Assembly (NCBI GenBank): GCA_015712185.1
Contig: JADDYF010000013.1
Location: 1-49,747 of the forward strand
DNA from: Bacteroidales bacterium
GTDB taxonomy: Bacteria; Bacteroidota; Bacteroidia; Bacteroidales; VadinHA17
Direction: 5' to 3'
DNA: 49,747 bases
A program made the translations under genes and the position numbers. The notes beneath the pieces are model-generated. The model was given only the letters and a program-made list of their open reading frames with translations, was not told the DNA's origin and ran no database searches. Each line of letters starts with the position of its first letter. Position 1 is the first letter of the stretch. Below, piece by piece: positions 44,645-49,747 of the stretch.

Positions 44645-45583
44645 TTATTTAACTACTTCGAATGTCAGGATGAGAGCGTGTGTAGCCAGAGGGTAGTACG
44701 ACTGGCCTGCAGCCATGAACATTACAAGCCTCATTGATTTGTCTGATATTGCCTGCATGATCACTTTTCTCTGAACATCCATAAATCCGACAAATTCGGT
44801 TCCGGAAAAGCTCAGGGTGCTGACATCCTTATAGGTTACGACAAAATTCGGTGGCCCGTAAACTGATGGTACGCCAAAATTCTCCTTTTCCACATATGTA
44901 AAAGTTGCTCCTGCCTGCGGAGTATATTTCCCTGTACAAAGGCCGAAGCTTGCACCCCCGGCATTAACGATACCGGCACCTCCGGTGGTCACATACTGAT
45001 GAAGGATCCCGCCGAATGCAGCATTGTCTGCTTTTACATCGTGTCCATACCTGCCATCAAAGTAGAAAGTGAATTCATCATCGTACACCTCACCCATACC
45101 CAGGTACAAAGCAAACGCACCAACAGGGAGCGATGGCAGATCGGGATCCGCCAGAGTAAATGTGGCATCAGCGTTTACAAGTTTATCGTTGGCAGTATGA
45201 TTGGCTGTCAGCTTCCAGGTTTTCCCGTTTGTGGCTGTTGGTCCTCCTGTAAGCAACACATAGGGAGTCACGTCAACCGCTATTTCAGCTTCCGCTTCCG
45301 CAATATCACCCGATTCAGAAGTCCCTGTAAGCTTGACGGTGTAATACCCTCCGCTCTGATAGATATGGACAGGATTCTGCTCCGTGCCCGATTGACCGTC
45401 ACCGAAGTCCCAGTCCCATGAGACTACACGCTTTGTGAGGGCGGTAAATGCCACCTGCCTCTCAACAATACTGTAAAAGATGCCTGCCTTGGGCGGACCC
45501 TCCGGTTCATCTTTTTTACATGATGTAAGAAAGGTCAATCCGACAGCAATTGCAAGGCAAACGATGTGGATCAGCTTTTTCAT
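44645..45583 (-). CDS. PKD-domain surface lipoprotein (candidate ligand-binding protein of the SusC/D locus)
   Basis: Start chosen at MKKLIHIVCLAIAVGLTFLTSC (lipobox). PKD signature WDWDFGDGQSGTEQNPVHIYQSGGYYTVKL, followed by a beta-rich domain of about 200 aa. Confidence 0.8.
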   Translation of the reverse strand: MKKLIHIVCLAIAVGLTFLTSCKKDEPEGPPKAGIFYSIVERQVAFTALTKRVVSWDWDFGDGQSGTEQNPVHIYQSGGYYTVKLTGTSESGDIAEAEAEIAVDVTPYVLLTGGPTATNGKTWKLTANHTANDKLVNADATFTLADPDLPSLPVGAFALYLGMGEVYDDEFTFYFDGRYGHDVKADNAAFGGILHQYVTTGGAGIVNAGGASFGLCTGKYTPQAGATFTYVEKENFGVPSVYGPPNFVVTYKDVSTLSFSGTEFVGFMDVQRKVIMQAISDKSMRLVMFMAAGQSYYPLATHALILTFEVVK

Positions 45584-45778
45584 AAAATATATGATTAGGT
45601 TAATATTATGATATTTGAATAGATTTTTCGAAGGATTCAGAAGACCACTATGAAGCTTAGACAACATAGGTTCTAATGCAAAAGGTTAAAAGCAGTAAAG
45701 GGTAACCTTACAAGTTAGGTTTATTTTTCGGATACTCCAAAAAAAATAAGGCAGGAACTGCATGAAACAATTCTTTGG

Positions 45779-47080
45779 TCAAAATAAATAGACCGGGTTG
45801 GAATAGATCCATGGAACATATCTCCCATTGAGCTTAATGTGCACCTCGATCCTGTAGGCTCCTGTTCCCTGAATATCGCTGTATGAATACTGATAGCTGT
45901 CACCTGCAGAAGTGTCAATCGGATTCCCGTCATGTATCAACCTGAACTGACCGGGCAAAGGGGATATTGCATTTAGGGCATTTATGTTCTCAACATTGAT
46001 GGAATCGCCCATTATACCTGACACAGCACCATCGCTGTTGGCACCATAATACATGAATCCCGCTGCATCACCAAGGCTTTTGAAAGCAGTGAAAAGATGA
46101 CCTTTTTTTACATGATCAGCTATCGATTGTATGGATAATGTATCAGCAAGGACATAATTGGCTACATAATTAAATCCTGTCATATAGGTATCAATCATCA
46201 GTTTAAAGATCCAGCCGTTTGAATCGGGTTCGCCAACGAGCCAGCGGTTCCAGAATTTCAGCCCGGTCGTGTCGATGACATCGGCATTAGGCCCGACCCA
46301 TTCAATCCTTCCGTCCGCAATATATCTTGCCCTGATATTCTGATTTTCGTGAGCATCGACAGCAGAAAATCCAATAATTTTTCTTTCGGTGTTCAATGAG
46401 TCCCAGAGAGCCAGGATGCGAGTCTGTTCATCAAACATCTGACGGTAAGCCCAATGGCGGAATTTCCTGCCGTTAACCAGAAGATTGATGATCTGGGGGA
46501 TCAGCGATTCATCTTTTGTATCGGCATGAAAGTTATAGATCTCCATCCCCTGATACCATGGATTGCCCCAGTTATGCGGTTCTTCGGTATGTGCATAAAA
46601 TACTATCCCGCCGCGGCTGACAATTTCTTTCGCAATGGAATCTTTATTAATATTCCAGTCTATTATTACTGAATCAAGAGGCCAGGTGTCAAATCCCTGC
46701 TTTTCGCTTCCGGGTTCGATCAGAATCCCTTCATAGTATCCATTGTACCCTCTTGGAATAGTGTCAATGTCACCCCGGGGATGATCGGTAAGGAACACAA
46801 ACTCAATACCGGCATTCTTTGCTGCCGGGATAATGTCATTTAAAGTTCCTTCACTGTCGTGCGACCAGTAGCTGTGCGTATGCATTACTCCCCTGTATGT
46901 GGTGAGTGGTGTAATTATAGAAGTTTCTTTCCGCAGTTTTTTTAACTCTTTTATCTGCTTCTCGAGACGCGGATATGTGACAAAGCGGTGCCATAATGCC
47001 GGCATGAATAATATTATTATGGCTACCAGTAAAAAAACTAATATAACAATCAGCAGATATTTAAGAATTCTTTTTACCAA
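45779..47080 (-). CDS. PHP-domain (CehA/McbA-like) metallohydrolase, membrane-anchored
   Basis: N-terminal TM helix. PHP metal-binding motifs GVMHTHSYWSHD and FVFLTDH, with later His residues (FYAHTEE, NFHAD, VDAHEN). Confidence 0.7.
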   Translation of the reverse strand: MVKRILKYLLIVILVFLLVAIIILFMPALWHRFVTYPRLEKQIKELKKLRKETSIITPLTTYRGVMHTHSYWSHDSEGTLNDIIPAAKNAGIEFVFLTDHPRGDIDTIPRGYNGYYEGILIEPGSEKQGFDTWPLDSVIIDWNINKDSIAKEIVSRGGIVFYAHTEEPHNWGNPWYQGMEIYNFHADTKDESLIPQIINLLVNGRKFRHWAYRQMFDEQTRILALWDSLNTERKIIGFSAVDAHENQNIRARYIADGRIEWVGPNADVIDTTGLKFWNRWLVGEPDSNGWIFKLMIDTYMTGFNYVANYVLADTLSIQSIADHVKKGHLFTAFKSLGDAAGFMYYGANSDGAVSGIMGDSINVENINALNAISPLPGQFRLIHDGNPIDTSAGDSYQYSYSDIQGTGAYRIEVHIKLNGRYVPWIYSNPVYLF

Positions 47081-47092
47081 GCAGAAACGCTT

Positions 47093-48490
47093 TTACAGAT
47101 TGTCAGTACCGGTCACAATTTCCGAAATCCGGCGGATAAGATCCATTGTATATTCCCCCATGTTGGGTCCGAACCAGCCCATCAGTCTGGATTCATATTC
47201 ATCCAGGTAAAAATACCTGCCGGGGACTATGTACCCGACATAGCTTCCGTTAAAGCTGGATACATTGGCATTAAATCCTTTTGCAGAGAGTGCATTTTTT
47301 ATTTGCAGCGCATACTCACCGCTGAAATCAGAGGGAGTGGTAATCCATACCATGTTATCTATTCTGACTGCCTGAAGATAGACATCTTCCGGCGGCGGCA
47401 TCAGTTTACCGCTCAGGAAGGAAGAGAGGTTGATTTTTGGGGTCAGGCGGATATGGTATTCGGGCAATTGCATTTTCAGGGGCAGAAAGGAAAAGGTTAC
47501 CTTATCCTTTAATTCTGTCTTTCCCAGGTAAAGGTTAGTGCTGTCAGCAAGCGCTTCACCGATATACTTTGATCTGTCGAATCCGTCTCCCTTACCTACC
47601 GGACTCTGGCTTCCCACAGAACCGGCCAGGAAAAGGGCAATATCTCCAGATCCGGCTTCAATCCTGCGCGCCCAGTAGCCCGGATAGTCAGCGCTGATTT
47701 CCATATTTCCCGCACCTAATGTTGTTGCATGGGCAGAAAATGACCCTATTACTGCCTTTCTGCACCCCGGTTGTTCGATGACGATAAAGCAGAAGTCGTT
47801 GTTTTTGGTCCCCGACTCGCCTGTTACCCTGTTGCGCGTGAAACTCCCGGCATTGAAACAGCCTGTTCCGATCCGGGCAGGTCTCAGATCGCTGATCGCA
47901 GAAGTCACTGCCTGCGAAATCTGAAGTGCAAGCCATTTTATAAGGTCATTGTTCTCCTCTCCGGCAAACTGTTTTCCGACAAATCCCGGACCCCATCCGC
48001 CGAGGCTTGAATGAGTGTGAGTAGCCGAAAAGATAAGCTGATCACGCCGGATGCCCTTTTCAGAAAGCAGCTTTGTTACAGAATCCGTAATATTCGGCGG
48101 CATGATAAGCAGATCGGCACTTAAGAATATGATGGTCTGGCTCTTTAAATTAAGTGCAACCGCCCTGACAAATATGCTGTCGTGAATTCCGGTTGCAGGA
48201 TTACCTTTACGGTCGCCATAACCGGCAAGCGGTGCCTCAGTAAATTTCCCCACGCGGAAATTATCTTCCGTGCTATTCAGTTCAGGTGTAATACTGACCC
48301 TGGAGAAACCGGCTTTCAGGGAATCATTTATTATGACTACACCAGGTTTCAGACTGTCGATCTGAAGGACAATGTTTTTATAATACTCTTCATCAAAATA
48401 GGAAGTCCTCCTGACCGGTGAAGTACTCCAGATGAGAATTAGTAACAAGCAGAGAACGATAATGCCAAGGATAATTCCAAAACGTTTCAT
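47093..48490 (-). CDS. Neutral/alkaline ceramidase-like hydrolase, membrane-anchored (paralog 2)
   Basis: TM helix, then LAGYGDRKGNPATGIHDSIFVRAVALNL...FLSADLL...SATHTHSSLGGWG, matching the ceramidase N-domain pattern. Lies 12 nt upstream of the PHP gene. Confidence 0.65.
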   Translation of the reverse strand: MKRFGIILGIIVLCLLLILIWSTSPVRRTSYFDEEYYKNIVLQIDSLKPGVVIINDSLKAGFSRVSITPELNSTEDNFRVGKFTEAPLAGYGDRKGNPATGIHDSIFVRAVALNLKSQTIIFLSADLLIMPPNITDSVTKLLSEKGIRRDQLIFSATHTHSSLGGWGPGFVGKQFAGEENNDLIKWLALQISQAVTSAISDLRPARIGTGCFNAGSFTRNRVTGESGTKNNDFCFIVIEQPGCRKAVIGSFSAHATTLGAGNMEISADYPGYWARRIEAGSGDIALFLAGSVGSQSPVGKGDGFDRSKYIGEALADSTNLYLGKTELKDKVTFSFLPLKMQLPEYHIRLTPKINLSSFLSGKLMPPPEDVYLQAVRIDNMVWITTPSDFSGEYALQIKNALSAKGFNANVSSFNGSYVGYIVPGRYFYLDEYESRLMGWFGPNMGEYTMDLIRRISEIVTGTDNL

Positions 48491-48708
48491 GACTTGTTAA
48501 ATCAGGTTACCGTTTCCCGTTCCTGCTTGATACTGACAGTAAGCACTCCGGATTTATATTCGTTAACATGAGGGTAAAGTTACATTTTACTTTATTTACT
48601 TTAATTTTATACTTAACATAGTTTGATTAGTTAAGTTGATTTAGTTTTTCAGATATTTATCACTACCTCGTTCACAAACAACCAGTATTTGCAACCGGCT
48701 ACATTCAT

Positions 48709-49747
48709 ATGAAACTACCCTCAAGCATCAGAAAGTTCATAAAGCTAATATTCACTATCACTGGCATTCTGATACTGATTTTTTATTTCGGTTTTTTATT
48801 TCCTTTCCGGGGCATACCGTTTGATGCGGAGCATCACGGCAATCCGCCTCTCACTCCGGCCTGGGCGCTGGAATGCTGGCTCTGGGAAGATGATCACAAT
48901 ACTGCAGGCTATGTTGATACCCTGCTCGAAGGTTATACCCGCAACGATATTCCTGTACGCACAGTCATGCTCGACAGTCCGTGGAGCATGCGTTACAACG
49001 ATTTTGAAGTCGACACTATCCTTTACCCGGATCCTGAAAAATGGTTCCAGAAGCTGCAGGAAAATGGTTACAGGGTTGTGCTGTGGATGACCTCAATGGT
49101 AAACAGCATCTCTGACGACACCAGGATAAGGGATTCACAACCATGGTTCAGCTTTGCGAGTGAAGAAGGATTCCTGGCAGGCAAAGGCGGTCAGATTAAC
49201 TGGTGGAAAGGGAAGGGAGGTTTTATTGACTATACAAATCCTGATGCAATGAAATGGTGGAGGAGAATGCAGCAGCAGGTTTATAATTACGGGCTTGACG
49301 GATGGAAACTCGATGGAACAGGAACACTGTTCCGCACAATGCTGGGACCCTTACCCCTGTTCTATAAAACGACACATGAGGGCCTCACCACAACCCGGAA
49401 ATATATGGATCTTTATTACCGGAGTGAATATCTGCATGGTCTGGCTCAGAATCCTGAATTTGTGACCCTGGTGAGGGCGATTGACAGATGGTACCATCCC
49501 GAGGGATTCGCTCCTGTCGACGCAGCTCCGGTAACGTGGGTAGGAGACCAGAAACATACCTGGGAATCAGCCGGAAGAGACGTGTCACAGGCTGATGAAC
49601 AGGATATTGCCATGAATGGTGTTGAAGGAATAGAGATGGCAATAAATAATATACTGGAAAGTGCAGAGGCCGGATACAACATCATCGGATCCGATGTGGC
49701 AGGTTTTTCGGGAAGCACCATACCCCCAAGGCTTTATATCCGTTGGG
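48709..49747 (+). CDS. GH31-family glycoside hydrolase, 3'-truncated by the window edge (absent from the supplied ORF track)
   Basis: Manual translation from the ATG at 48709 stays open to the end of the window: MKLPSSIRKFIKLIFTITGILILIF...WALECWLWEDDHN...VMLDSPWSM...GLDGWKLDG...WVGDQKHTW...GSDVAGFSG. The last three motifs fit the GH31 nucleophile, substrate-binding and acid/base regions. Confidence 0.8.
   Translation, partial: MKLPSSIRKFIKLIFTITGILILIFYFGFLFPFRGIPFDAEHHGNPPLTPAWALECWLWEDDHNTAGYVDTLLEGYTRNDIPVRTVMLDSPWSMRYNDFEVDTILYPDPEKWFQKLQENGYRVVLWMTSMVNSISDDTRIRDSQPWFSFASEEGFLAGKGGQINWWKGKGGFIDYTNPDAMKWWRRMQQQVYNYGLDGWKLDGTGTLFRTMLGPLPLFYKTTHEGLTTTRKYMDLYYRSEYLHGLAQNPEFVTLVRAIDRWYHPEGFAPVDAAPVTWVGDQKHTWESAGRDVSQADEQDIAMNGVEGIEMAINNILESAEAGYNIIGSDVAGFSGSTIPPRLYIRW

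Noticed and set aside
48821-49090. 89-aa plus-strand ORF listed in the track
   Set aside because: It is out of frame with, and contained within, the manually translated GH31 reading frame (48709 to the window end), which carries clear GH31 motifs.
1-49747. A window-wide look for CRISPR arrays, rRNA and tRNA genes, transposases, integrases, phage genes and recognisable defence systems
   Set aside because: I saw no regularly spaced direct repeats, no GTTCGAATC-type T-arm motifs in intergenic regions, and no ORF with DDE, tyrosine-recombinase, nuclease-ATPase or toxin-antitoxin signatures. This was inspection by eye, not a computed scan, so small elements could have been missed.

Overview
Gene-dense chromosomal fragment that looks like Bacteroidota: two SusC/SusD pairs, a T9SS C-terminal sorting domain, lipoprotein signal peptides and TAnnTTTG-type -7 boxes. 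I support about 34 protein-coding genes. By eye I found no rRNA, tRNA, CRISPR array, transposase or integrase. Content in order: (1) an alpha-glucan utilisation locus, nt 1-12888, with two GH13 enzymes (one T9SS-secreted), an embedded GH53 galactanase, SusE/F-like, SusD and SusC genes, and a divergent LacI regulator with a candidate operator. (2) Pectin and hemicellulose side-chain enzymes: an esterase, an FAD oxidoreductase, GH78, CE15, and GH28 further on. (3) A tightly packed same-strand string: cryptochrome/photolyase, Dak2-DegV fusion, DUF1295, TPR-LytS histidine kinase, LytTR response regulator. (4) An isolated two-gene cytochrome module: a membrane-anchored pentaheme cytochrome c plus an outer-membrane beta-barrel protein with an N-terminal heme motif, the fused cytochrome-porin architecture of Cyc2. 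This is the most unusual element in the window. (5) crtI-crtB followed by a glycosyltransferase and a Wzx-like flippase. (6) A second SusC/SusD locus with a PKD lipoprotein and no glycoside hydrolase, flanked by two neutral-ceramidase-like paralogs, an esterase and a PHP-type metallohydrolase. (7) A 3'-truncated GH31 gene. The non-coding sequence holds a structured repeat that folds into a gapless four-way junction. It occurs twice, in circularly permuted form. All family calls come from motif recognition by eye; no database search was run.
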